33,472 nucleotides of DNA from Myxococcales bacterium. Its GTDB lineage: Bacteria > Myxococcota_A > UBA9042 > JABWCM01 > BTVJ01. Position 1 is the stretch's first letter. Each line of letters begins with the position of its first letter. Shown one piece after another: positions 10,165 to 18,050 of the stretch. The notes under the pieces are model-generated. The model saw only the letters and a program-made list of their open reading frames with translations. It was not told the DNA's origin and ran no database searches. The stretch covers positions 1 through 33,472 of the forward strand of contig BTVJ01000083.1 of assembly GCA_045863395.1 (NCBI GenBank), written 5' to 3'. The translations under genes were made by a program, and so were the position numbers.

Positions 10165-12222
10165 ATGCTCATGTGGAAGGCGCTCTGTGCCCTGACTCTC
10201 CTGGTTCCGGCAGCGGCCGTGGGGGACCCCTGCTCGTCCCGAGGCGTGAACGCCCACCTCCAGTCTCCCGATCAGCTCGACGCCATCCGCGCCGTGGGCT
10301 TCGGCTGGGTGCGCTTCGACTTCAACTGGAACGAGATGGAGCCTGCCAAGGGCCAGTTCAACTGGGGACCGTGGGACGCCGCCGTGGATCACGCCGTCTC
10401 ACAGGGGCTGTCCGTGTTTGCCACGCTCGCCTACACCCCCAAGTGGGCGGCGGTGGACCCAGGCTGCACGGTTTGCCACATCGTCCCCTTCGCCAAGGTG
10501 TCAGACTGGACCGCCTTCGTCACGGCGGTCGTCAGTCGATACAAGGGGAAGGTCAGCCACTGGGGCATGTGGAACGAGCCGAACCTCAAGTCTTTCTATC
10601 TAGGGACCGCCGAGCAGTATGTCAGCGACATCCTCGTGCCCGGGGCGGCCGCGGTCAAGGCGGCGGATCCGGGTGCGAAGGTCCTGGGGCCCGAGCTGGC
10701 TGGGCTGACCAAGAGCTCCCACTGGAGCGGAGATGAGGGGCAGTGTCTGCTCGGCCAGTGCATCTTCAACGGGTGGGAGGTGGATCTGGCGAAGGTCCTC
10801 TCCGCCGCTGGCGGCTCCATCGACGTCATCACCCATCACTTCTACAAGGAGGACCCGGCGGGAATCTACCAGGCGGTCCTGGACGGGGAGGAAGGCCTCG
10901 GGTGGAAGACCCACTCGGCTCTTCGCGAGATTGTCGACGCCCACGCGCCGGGGAAGCCGGTCTGGCTGACGGAGTGGGGCTGGAAGACCAAGCCCTACGG
11001 CCAATTTGCCGGGAGCGGCGGAGACTCGGAGGAGGATCAGGCCGCCTACGTCGTGGAGACCTACGAGCGATTGACCCAGGTGCGCATGGGCACGTATGCG
11101 GGCTCGTCCAACGATCCGTGGCCCGCGCTGGAGAAGCTCTTCGTCTATGACTGGCACGACGGCGTGTCCGAGGGGGAGCTGTGGACCTTCGGGCTGGTCC
11201 GTGACGACGGGAGCCCGAAGCCGGTGATTGCGGCGCTGACCGCGTCCTTTGCTGCCCACCAGGAGGGCTGTGGCGGAAACTTCCCCGAGGGCCCGCCCAA
11301 GGGGGTGGTGCCCAAGTCGTCGGAGGCGATCCTCGTCGAGGGGAAGCCCGACGGGGACATCGGAGAGTGGACGGACGCGATGCTCCCTCTGCTGCTGACG
11401 CCACCCGGCGACTGGGTGGCGTTGTCTGGGGGAGCGCCGGTGTCGGCCATGGATCTGGGCGCGAGGGTCTACCTCGGGTGGGCTCCCGGGCGCCTCCGAC
11501 TGGGGGTCGAGGTGACCGACGACGAGCACGCTCCCGTGAAGGACCCATCGTGGGCGGGAGATTCCCTCCAGGTGGCGCTCGATCCCGGCTACGACAAGAC
11601 CAAGGGCGCCTACGACGCCGGGGACTGGGAGGTGACCGTCGCCCACGGAGCGACGCCGGTGGTTGCGTGCTACGCGAGCCCTCCGGTGGGGTGCGCCGTG
11701 GCCGTGGGCACGCGGCGGGTCGGGGCGTCGTCGTTCTACGAGGTGGACATTCCGCACGACACGGCGGGCCAGAAGGTCGTGGGGCTGAGCGTGCTCGTCA
11801 ACGAGAGCGACGGCGCGGGCCGGGAGGGCTGGCTGGAGTGGACTCCAGGCATCGGTCTCGCGAAGGACCCGTCCGCCTTCGCGACCGTGACGCTGGTCGG
11901 CGAGCCCGGGCCCGATGCGGGCGCGCAGGACGCCGGAGGGAGCGCGGGGGATGCGAGCGCGCCCTCCGGCGACGCTGGCGGGGGCGATGCTGGCGGGGGC
12001 GGCGCTGGCGGGGGCGGTTCCGGTGGCGTGGGAGACACCGGCGGCAGCGCCGAGCCCGGTGGTGTCATCAGTGACGCAGTGGGTGGGGGATTCAACGCGC
12101 AGGGCGAGGACGCCGCGTCGCCAGCGCCGGAGCGGCCCGCCGACGACGGGTGTGGTGCGGCGGGAGGCACGAGCGGCCTCCTCCTGCTGCTCGCGGTGCG
12201 CCGGCGCCGGACGAGCCGCTGA
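10165..12222 (+). CDS. Secreted clan GH-A glycoside hydrolase (GH5/GH39-like) with a CBM9-like domain and a MYXO-CTERM-like tail
   Basis: Signal peptide. WNEPN acid/base and WLTEWGW nucleophile motifs. DGDIGEW...VTDD...WAGDSLQ CBM9-like segment, Gly-rich linker, then GCGAAGG-LLLLL-RRRR at the C-terminus. Confidence 0.8.
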   Translation: MLMWKALCALTLLVPAAAVGDPCSSRGVNAHLQSPDQLDAIRAVGFGWVRFDFNWNEMEPAKGQFNWGPWDAAVDHAVSQGLSVFATLAYTPKWAAVDPGCTVCHIVPFAKVSDWTAFVTAVVSRYKGKVSHWGMWNEPNLKSFYLGTAEQYVSDILVPGAAAVKAADPGAKVLGPELAGLTKSSHWSGDEGQCLLGQCIFNGWEVDLAKVLSAAGGSIDVITHHFYKEDPAGIYQAVLDGEEGLGWKTHSALREIVDAHAPGKPVWLTEWGWKTKPYGQFAGSGGDSEEDQAAYVVETYERLTQVRMGTYAGSSNDPWPALEKLFVYDWHDGVSEGELWTFGLVRDDGSPKPVIAALTASFAAHQEGCGGNFPEGPPKGVVPKSSEAILVEGKPDGDIGEWTDAMLPLLLTPPGDWVALSGGAPVSAMDLGARVYLGWAPGRLRLGVEVTDDEHAPVKDPSWAGDSLQVALDPGYDKTKGAYDAGDWEVTVAHGATPVVACYASPPVGCAVAVGTRRVGASSFYEVDIPHDTAGQKVVGLSVLVNESDGAGREGWLEWTPGIGLAKDPSAFATVTLVGEPGPDAGAQDAGGSAGDASAPSGDAGGGDAGGGGAGGGGSGGVGDTGGSAEPGGVISDAVGGGFNAQGEDAASPAPERPADDGCGAAGGTSGLLLLLAVRRRRTSR

Positions 12223-12226
12223 GCCG

Positions 12227-12928
12227 TCAGGGCACGGAGATGTACCAGAGCTCGATGCGCGTGCTCGGGTACCAGTTGCCGGCGTCGGACAACGTCTCGC
12301 CGTCGAAGAGATCCACGTGCCCCGTGCCGCCGTAGCCGAAGATCTTCTGGAAGGCGACGATGCCCTTCTTGCCTTGCACCAGCGGGCGTATCGTGGAGTC
12401 GTAGGCCTCCTGGAACTCGGCCTCCGTCTTGTAGGTGCCCTTCTGGGGGAACACCACGTCCGACTTGCGGAAATGCTTGGTCAGGTACTGCCACATCTCC
12501 GACGCGGCGACGATGTAGTACTCTTTGGTCTTCTTGCTGTACGTCGGCGCCCGCGTGATCCCCGCGGCCTTGACCGAGGCAGGCGTAATCTTCTGCCCGA
12601 TCTTGTTGAGCATCACGCTCAGGCGGATGGCGCAGGTGTTTGCGAGGTACGCCGGCAGCCCGTGCTCCTCCCGCACCTCGTCGCTCGACGTGTTCTGGGA
12701 TGCGTCGTCCTGGTAGTTGTGGGGGTGGGCGTCCCACATCTCCTGGAAGGCCTGGTCGCCGCTCCCTAGCGCGGGCTTGCTGGCGCCTGCGCTGCCCGGT
12801 GCAACGGCAGCCGCCTGCTGCGCGTAGGTGAGTCCGGCGAGCTGGGAGCGGCGCGCGGCATCGCCCGCGACGTCCGGGGCGACGGTCTGCGTAGTCTGGG
12901 TTCGGTTCTGAAGTGCGGTCTCAGGCAT
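12227..12928 (-). CDS. Tae4-like (T6SS amidase effector family 4) peptidoglycan amidase with an N-terminal extension
   Basis: Catalytic Cys motif NTCAIRLS, GKKGIVAF, catalytic His motif GHVDLFDG and a C-terminal W. GGAGGAG SD precedes ATG 12928. Confidence 0.85.
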   Translation of the reverse strand: MPETALQNRTQTTQTVAPDVAGDAARRSQLAGLTYAQQAAAVAPGSAGASKPALGSGDQAFQEMWDAHPHNYQDDASQNTSSDEVREEHGLPAYLANTCAIRLSVMLNKIGQKITPASVKAAGITRAPTYSKKTKEYYIVAASEMWQYLTKHFRKSDVVFPQKGTYKTEAEFQEAYDSTIRPLVQGKKGIVAFQKIFGYGGTGHVDLFDGETLSDAGNWYPSTRIELWYISVP

Positions 12929-12972
12929 GGCTCCTCCAGGGGGCAACGGCACACGTCCGGCGACTGCCGGCG

Positions 12973-13001
12973 AGCGTAACCCTCCTCGGCGCTGCGGTCA
13001 A
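12973..13001 (-). promoter_or_regulatory. Putative sigma70-type promoter of the Tae4-like gene
   Basis: Minus strand TTGACC-N17-TACGCT. Confidence 0.55.
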
Positions 13002-13099
13002 CGGCCAACGCGGTCGAGCCTGACTCAACCCCGGCTGCGAAGCCGACGCCTGTAACCGACGTGCTGCGACAGTGGCAGGATCGTCGCGATTGCAGCCAG

Positions 13100-13621
13100 C
13101 TACAGGAAGGGTGACTCGTCGTGGTCGACCTCTCCCTCTGCGCTCGCGCTCGCGGGGAGCTTGGCCTTGGCCTCCTGCAGCATCTCGACGTGCTCGGTCT
13201 CCTCGTCCCGCAGCTCCTCGAAGAGGGCGCGGACGTCGGGATCGGTGATGCCCGGGAGCGCCTCGTCGTAGAAGTCGTGCGCCTTCTGCTCCGCGGCGAG
13301 GGCGACCTCGAAGGCCTGCAGGACCGACATGGTGCGGTGCGGCGCACCCGACTCCGGCGCCTCCACGTCGAACAGGTCGTCCAGCGTGACCCGCGCCGGA
13401 GCGTCGCCGAACAGCGCCTTCCGCCGCTCGTGGAGCGCCGTGCCGTGCTTGGCCTCGTTCTCCGCCATCGCCGCGAAGAAGGAGCCCGGGTGATTGGCGC
13501 CGCCACGCCCGAGCTGGGCGGCGAACATCAGGTAGCGCTCATGCGCCTCGACCTCGATCAGCGTCGCAAGATCGAGGGCGTCCATGAGGCTCAGCTTCGA
13601 GAGGTCGAGACGGGTGGACAT
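13100..13621 (-). CDS. Rubrerythrin/ferritin-like di-iron protein without a rubredoxin domain
   Basis: Paired E..ExxH motifs EVEAHERY/ENEAKH and EQKAHDFY/EETEH. GGAG SD precedes ATG 13621. Confidence 0.88.
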   Translation of the reverse strand: MSTRLDLSKLSLMDALDLATLIEVEAHERYLMFAAQLGRGGANHPGSFFAAMAENEAKHGTALHERRKALFGDAPARVTLDDLFDVEAPESGAPHRTMSVLQAFEVALAAEQKAHDFYDEALPGITDPDVRALFEELRDEETEHVEMLQEAKAKLPASASAEGEVDHDESPFL

Positions 13622-13707
13622 GCGTGACTCCAGTGTGGGTACTTGTTCCTTCGCGCAACGGCCCGGCATGCGCTCCTGCTGGCATGCCGACCCCGTAGGC
13701 GCGGCGC

Positions 13708-13716
13708 ATCATAGCA
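13708..13716 (-). promoter_or_regulatory. Putative extended -10 promoter of the rubrerythrin-like gene
   Basis: Minus strand TGCTATGAT (TGn-TATGAT). Confidence 0.45.
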
Positions 13717-13820
13717 CCGCGGCCGAGGTGGTACACCCCCCGCGATGCCCGGGTGAGCTGGACGGTTTCACCGGGTCGACGAGGCGAAGCGCGACCAGCC
13801 GCTCGGTCGCCGCCCTCGCC

Positions 13821-13842
13821 TCAGACGTTGAACCGATGTTTG
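13821..13842 (-). repeat. Distal att junction (attR-like) holding the original ychF 3' end
   Basis: Minus strand CAAACAT CGGTTCA ACGTCTGA, in which CGG TTC AAC GTC TGA encodes RFNV* with host-like GC-ending codons. Confidence 0.85.
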
Positions 13843-13894
13843 CTGGCCTCGTGATTCCGTGGGGTTGTGGGCGTTGTCCCCAATTTGTATCCAT

Positions 13895-14134
13895 TCAGGC
13901 CATCGAAACGACCTCGACCTGCGCACCACGGCGGCGGGCATCGGCCGCCCGCTGCTCCAGATCGGCGGCGACCTCATCGTCGATCCACTCCTCGCCGCAC
14001 TGGTCGCAGACGGTAGCCGGCACCTGGCGCACGACGACCACACCTTCCCCGAGGTCGGCCGTGAAGGTCACCCTCCCGCTGACGCGGGTGCCCCCACAAA
14101 GGGGACAGAGGCCGGAGCCGAACGTTCGCGTCAT
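13895..14134 (-). CDS. YgiT-type zinc finger protein (MqsA N-terminal-like putative antitoxin)
   Basis: CPLCGG ... VVRQVPATVCDQCGEEW. ATGA overlap with the upstream DUF4258 gene; 79 aa. Confidence 0.88.
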   Translation of the reverse strand: MTRTFGSGLCPLCGGTRVSGRVTFTADLGEGVVVVRQVPATVCDQCGEEWIDDEVAADLEQRAADARRRGAQVEVVSMA

Positions 14135-14472
14135 GGGGTCCTCCTGGCCTTCCAGTCCGGCTCGAACTTGTCTGGGCTGGGCTCGTATGCAGTGATGACA
14201 TACATGTCCGGAGCGGCCTCGTCGAACGCCAGCACGGCGTGCAGAGGTCGGCCCTCTACGAACCCGAGCAACAGGGCGCTCGGGTACGGCGAGTCGTCGG
14301 GGTACTCCTCGATGACCTCGCCCGCAATGATTGCTCCGAAGACCTCGCTGCGGCCGATACCGCGCTCGACCATCCGGCGCAAGACGTGGGCACGCCACAC
14401 GAGGCGGCCGGCCCGAAGCGTCGAGATGGCTGCGGCAAGTGGAAAGGCCCTCCGGTCTCGTTCAATACCCAA
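14131..14472 (-). CDS. DUF4258 domain protein (predicted RelE-like toxin)
   Basis: HVLRRMVERGI...GEVIEEYPDDSPYPSALLLG...PLHAV...VITAYEPSPDKF. Start uncertain; TTG 14472 has an AGGAG SD 7 nt upstream. Confidence 0.82.
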   Translation of the reverse strand: MGIERDRRAFPLAAAISTLRAGRLVWRAHVLRRMVERGIGRSEVFGAIIAGEVIEEYPDDSPYPSALLLGFVEGRPLHAVLAFDEAAPDMYVITAYEPSPDKFEPDWKARRTP

Positions 14473-14914
14473 GCCCAAGCTCCTGCGCTTCTCGGGTTGG
14501 CTCGTCGAGGACGGACTTGGCCTCGGCCCCTCGCGCCCTTCGGAACTCCATCACGTCCACGGCCCGAACCCGGCGATGGGTGCCGACCTTGTGGAACGGG
14601 ATCTGGCCCTCCTCCAGCAGCCGCACGAGGTAGGGCCGGGAGATGCCGAGCAGGTCGGCCGCCTGCTGCGTCGTCAACTCAGCCTGGACAGGCAGGACCG
14701 TAACGGCGCTCCCGTTCGCCATGTGCGTGAGGATGCCAGCGAGAAGACGGATGGCCTCGGCGGGGAGGACGACCTCGACCTCACCAGTGGAGTCCTCGGG
14801 CCGAAGTCGTACCTTGGTGTCGCCCGCGATGGGCACGCCTCGGAGCGCGTCGATGGCGGCCTGGGCGGCGGTTGCGTCGTGGTCGGTCGGAAGGCTCAGG
14901 GCCGATGCGTTCAT
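14462..14914 (-). CDS. Excisionase-family helix-turn-helix DNA-binding protein
   Basis: ELTTQQAADLLGISRPYLVRLLEEGQIPFHKVGTHRRV, ending AQELGLGY. Confidence 0.9.
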   Translation of the reverse strand: MNASALSLPTDHDATAAQAAIDALRGVPIAGDTKVRLRPEDSTGEVEVVLPAEAIRLLAGILTHMANGSAVTVLPVQAELTTQQAADLLGISRPYLVRLLEEGQIPFHKVGTHRRVRAVDVMEFRRARGAEAKSVLDEPTREAQELGLGY

Positions 14915-14921
14915 CTTCGCC

Positions 14922-14950
14922 AAGGTACGCTGCAATCGAAACAAACGCAA
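14922..14950 (-). promoter_or_regulatory. Putative leaderless promoter with overlapping operator-like repeats for the HTH gene
   Basis: Minus strand TTGCGT-N17-TACCTT-N7-ATG. Plus strand tandem 9-mers CAATCGAAA and CAAACGCAA at 14933-14950. Confidence 0.55.
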
Positions 14951-15031
14951 CTGGCGGAACAGCCTCCTGCGAGCGGGGCTGCACCTTCGAGTGGCGGTCG
15001 GTGTCTTGGCTCCGATGTCGCGAGTGCCGGT

Positions 15032-15498
15032 CTACTTGGCCGGCCGTGTCCGAGCGGCGGTAAGCCCGGCCTGGAGATCTGTGTGGAGGTCGTCGGGGGC
15101 GACGGTGGAGTAGTGCCGGACAGCCGTGACCGGGGCGTGGCCCATGAACCTGGCGTAGCGGTCGAGGGGCACGCCACCGCTGCGCAGGTGGTCGGAGACC
15201 GCACGGCGGAGGGGATGGAAGGTGAACTCCGGAACGCCGGCCTCCTTCTGGGCCTGCTGCGGCCGGTGCCGCCAGTAGTGGTACAGCCCCTTGCCGTTGG
15301 ACGGGATCAGGGGGGCCTCGGGCGAGGTGACCAGCAGCCGAAGGTCCGCCATCTGGGCCTCGGTTACCGGGACCCGTCGAGCCGAGTCGGGCGTCTTGGG
15401 TACGAAGCCACCGCGCTCCTGGATGACGACGAAGTTCCCGTCCGCCAAGAGGTCGCATCCCCGAGTGGTGGCGCCCTCCGAGACCCGCATCCCGGTCT
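15032..15498 (-). pseudogene. 5'-truncated tyrosine recombinase/integrase (catalytic domain only)
   Basis: TGMRVSE (R), PKT (K), HPLRR (HxxR), MGH (H) and RHY (Y) are present. Homology stops abruptly at an inverted-repeat element, and there is no N-terminal core-binding domain. Confidence 0.85.
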
Positions 15499-15587
15499 TG
15501 TACTGTTCCCGCCACTGCAAGACACCTCGCCGCCCCCACAGCCGATTTCCCGGCGGCAAAGTGTCTCGCAGTGGCGGGAACGGTACA
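15499..15587. mobile_element. 89-bp MITE-like element or IS remnant with 36-bp terminal inverted repeats (TGT...ACA)
   Basis: 15499-15534 matches the reverse complement of 15552-15587 at 32/36 positions, with a 17-bp spacer. No target-site duplication is visible. Confidence 0.75.
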
Positions 15588-15629
15588 GGGGCGTAGCGCC
15601 GGAACGGGCGATGAGCTACAACCTACCGC

Positions 15630-16937
15630 ATGAACGTAGACGTGGAAGCAGCACTGAGTGAAGCAGGAAGGCTGGGCCTTCTTCGAGACGGCGAACCCTA
15701 CTCCAAGGGCGTCCTCATCGACGCCTTTGCGGGCGTAGGGCTTGAGCGCGGGCAGGCCGACACGGCGTTCACGGTCGTGAGGGACGCCACCAAGGCGAGA
15801 AGCAGCGTTGGCACCGTTGAAGTACGGGCGGTCGGAGAACGGCGTGGCCGAAGGTACCTGTTCTCCGGGTTGCCCGATTCTGGGTCACCTTCACCCAAGC
15901 GCCCCGTCATCGCCGCCCGTAGGGCGTCGAAGTTCGTGGAAGAACGCTCTCGTCCTGCTCCTGGTCCGACGCACCATGGTGAGCTGACCATCCACTTAGG
16001 CGACAACCTCTCAATCCTCAGGGATCTGCGGTCTGCCAGCTTCGACCTGATCTACATCGACCCGCCCTTCAACACGGGCAAGGTGCAGGAACGCACCCGT
16101 ATCCGAACCGTTCGGGATCAGGACGGGGGGGACCGCACCGGGTTCCAGGGGAAGCGGTATCGTACCGTCAAGGTCGGCACGGCCAGCTTCGCCGACGAGT
16201 TCGAGGACTTCTTCGAGTTCATGGAGCCGAGGCTTGAGGAGGCTCGTCGTCTCCTCAAGCCGAGTGGGTCCTTCTTCCTTCACATCGACTATCGGGAGGT
16301 CCACTACTGCAAGGTCCTTCTCGACCAGTTGTTCGGGCGTGACTCGTTCATCAACGAGATCATCTGGGCCTACGACTATGGCGCACGCTCCAAGCAGAAG
16401 TGGTCCGCCAAGCACGACAACATCCTCTGGTACGTCAAGGACCCGAAGGACTACACGTTCAACTTCGACGAGATGGACCGCATCCCCTATATGGCCCCTG
16501 GCCTTGTTGGGGAGGAGAAGGCCGCCAGGGGCAAGACGCCCACTGATGTCTGGTGGCACACGATCGTTCCCACGAACGGAAAGGAGAGGACGGGGTATCC
16601 GACCCAGAAGCCGCTTGGGGTCTTGGACCGCATCATGAAGGTCCACACTCGCCCTGGCGACAGGGTCCTCGACTTCTTCGCAGGTAGCGGAACTACCGGA
16701 GAGTCGGCCGTGCGCCTCGGCCGTCACTGCACGCTCATCGACAACAACGTCGAGGCGATGAACGTCATGGCACGTCGGCTGTCGTTCGCCCGCCCGGTCT
16801 TCCACGGGTGGCAGCCCGAGGAAGAACCTGAGCTTCAGCCGGACAAGGAGACTGTGGCCCAACCTGTTGCTGACGGCGGCACGTCCGTCGGCAGCCCAGT
16901 GACCAAGGAACCGCAGCAGCAGAGCCTGTTTGGCTGA
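15630..16937 (+). CDS. Site-specific amino (N6-A/N4-C) DNA methyltransferase, beta-class motif order, with an N-terminal extension
   Basis: GDNL, LIYIDPPFNTG (motif IV), YPTQKP and VLDFFAGSGTTG (motif I, located after motif IV). Confidence 0.93.
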   Translation: MNVDVEAALSEAGRLGLLRDGEPYSKGVLIDAFAGVGLERGQADTAFTVVRDATKARSSVGTVEVRAVGERRGRRYLFSGLPDSGSPSPKRPVIAARRASKFVEERSRPAPGPTHHGELTIHLGDNLSILRDLRSASFDLIYIDPPFNTGKVQERTRIRTVRDQDGGDRTGFQGKRYRTVKVGTASFADEFEDFFEFMEPRLEEARRLLKPSGSFFLHIDYREVHYCKVLLDQLFGRDSFINEIIWAYDYGARSKQKWSAKHDNILWYVKDPKDYTFNFDEMDRIPYMAPGLVGEEKAARGKTPTDVWWHTIVPTNGKERTGYPTQKPLGVLDRIMKVHTRPGDRVLDFFAGSGTTGESAVRLGRHCTLIDNNVEAMNVMARRLSFARPVFHGWQPEEEPELQPDKETVAQPVADGGTSVGSPVTKEPQQQSLFG

Positions 16938-16949
16938 GAAGGCGGGAGC

Positions 16950-17507
16950 ATGACGAGAAGAATCGAAGACCCCGAGGTGCAGGCGTTGGCGGCCGTTTCC
17001 GCCACGCTCCAGGTGGACTACGAGTCCGACGACCTGATGTGGGAGGGGAGTCCGTTCGGGTGGATCAAGAGGCGACCTTCCCGACAAGTGGGTGCCATCG
17101 GGGAGAAGCTCGTTGCGGGCTGGTTGGCGGCGAAGGACTTCGACGTGGTGCGGTCCCCGGACTCCGAGGCGGATCGGCTCATCAACGGGCACCGGGTCGA
17201 GGTCAAGTTCAGCACGCTCTGGAAGAACGGGGGGTACAAGTTCCAGCAACTGCGGGACCAGAACTACGAGGTTGCCATCTGCTTGGGTGTCAGCCCGTTC
17301 GCCGTCCACTGCTGGGTGCTACCCAAGGTCGAGATCATGCGGCGGTGGCGAGCGAACGACGGCATCCAGCCGCAGCACGGCGGTGCCCAGGGTACCGACA
17401 CGGCGTGGTTGAGCGTTGTTGCCGACCATCCATACCCGTGGCTGGCCGGGTTCGGTGGCACCCTTTCGGCGGCCGTTCGGATTCTTGCCGCCCGGCTCCC
17501 GAGGTGA
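16950..17507 (+). CDS. PD-(D/E)xK nuclease, putative restriction endonuclease
   Basis: GAIGEKLV helix, ADR...VEVKFS catalytic motif and FQQLRDQNY. Lies directly after the MTase with a GGGAG SD. Confidence 0.75.
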   Translation: MTRRIEDPEVQALAAVSATLQVDYESDDLMWEGSPFGWIKRRPSRQVGAIGEKLVAGWLAAKDFDVVRSPDSEADRLINGHRVEVKFSTLWKNGGYKFQQLRDQNYEVAICLGVSPFAVHCWVLPKVEIMRRWRANDGIQPQHGGAQGTDTAWLSVVADHPYPWLAGFGGTLSAAVRILAARLPR

Positions 17508-17511
17508 TGTG

Positions 17512-18012
17512 GTGGCAGCAGGAATCTCGAACGATGGCGAGAGTGTCGAGGTCGAGTTCCGGCGGCTCACCGAGTTCCGCAAGCCTACTCCCGCCAGGCT
17601 CGGCGATGCCGAGCTGACCCTGGACGGCCAGACGAAGTACGTCGAGGTGAAGAAGGCCAGCAGCGACACGCTCAACCAGGTCCGGCCCGTGAAGTACTCG
17701 ACGCTCGTTGCGAAGGACGTGCGGGACGGTCAGTGGTGCGTCGTTCCACCCCAGGTCGTAGTGGCTGAGGCGATTGACAAGGGGCGGGGCCAGCACTCCG
17801 AGAGCCCATTCGAGTGCTGCACCCTGAGCCTCGGAAAGTTGCTGGCGTACCGGACGCCGGTCGGGAAGCTACGGGATGCTGTCGTGGAGGCGACCCGCAG
17901 CGGGGATGCACTCGACGGCCTGCCTGAGGTTCTTCGGAGTCACATCGAGCGAATCCGAAAGGTCGTGGAGGAGGACCGAGCCCGCATCCGGGAGGCACTT
18001 CCACGAAGCTGA
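17512..18012 (+). CDS. Second small PD-(D/E)xK nuclease-like protein
   Basis: GESVE...GDAE...YVEVKK...LNQVR..KY...GQH. A GAGGTG SD overlaps the upstream stop; GTG start at 17509 or 17512. Confidence 0.65.
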   Translation: MAAGISNDGESVEVEFRRLTEFRKPTPARLGDAELTLDGQTKYVEVKKASSDTLNQVRPVKYSTLVAKDVRDGQWCVVPPQVVVAEAIDKGRGQHSESPFECCTLSLGKLLAYRTPVGKLRDAVVEATRSGDALDGLPEVLRSHIERIRKVVEEDRARIREALPRS

Positions 18013-18050
18013 CGCTGGATCACCCCGACAACCCCGACCTCAAGGCCCAG

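Noticed and set aside
12227..12928. A complete type VI secretion locus
   Set aside because: Only the effector-like gene is present; there are no hcp, vgrG, PAAR or tss genes in the window.
13749..13776. Stem-loop downstream of the original ychF stop as a terminator
   Set aside because: The stem is imperfect and has no U-tract, so it cannot be supported from sequence alone.
15032..15559. Integrase as an intact functional 175-aa gene
   Set aside because: The listed N-terminus is translated from the inverted-repeat element, and the core-binding and arm-binding domains are missing.
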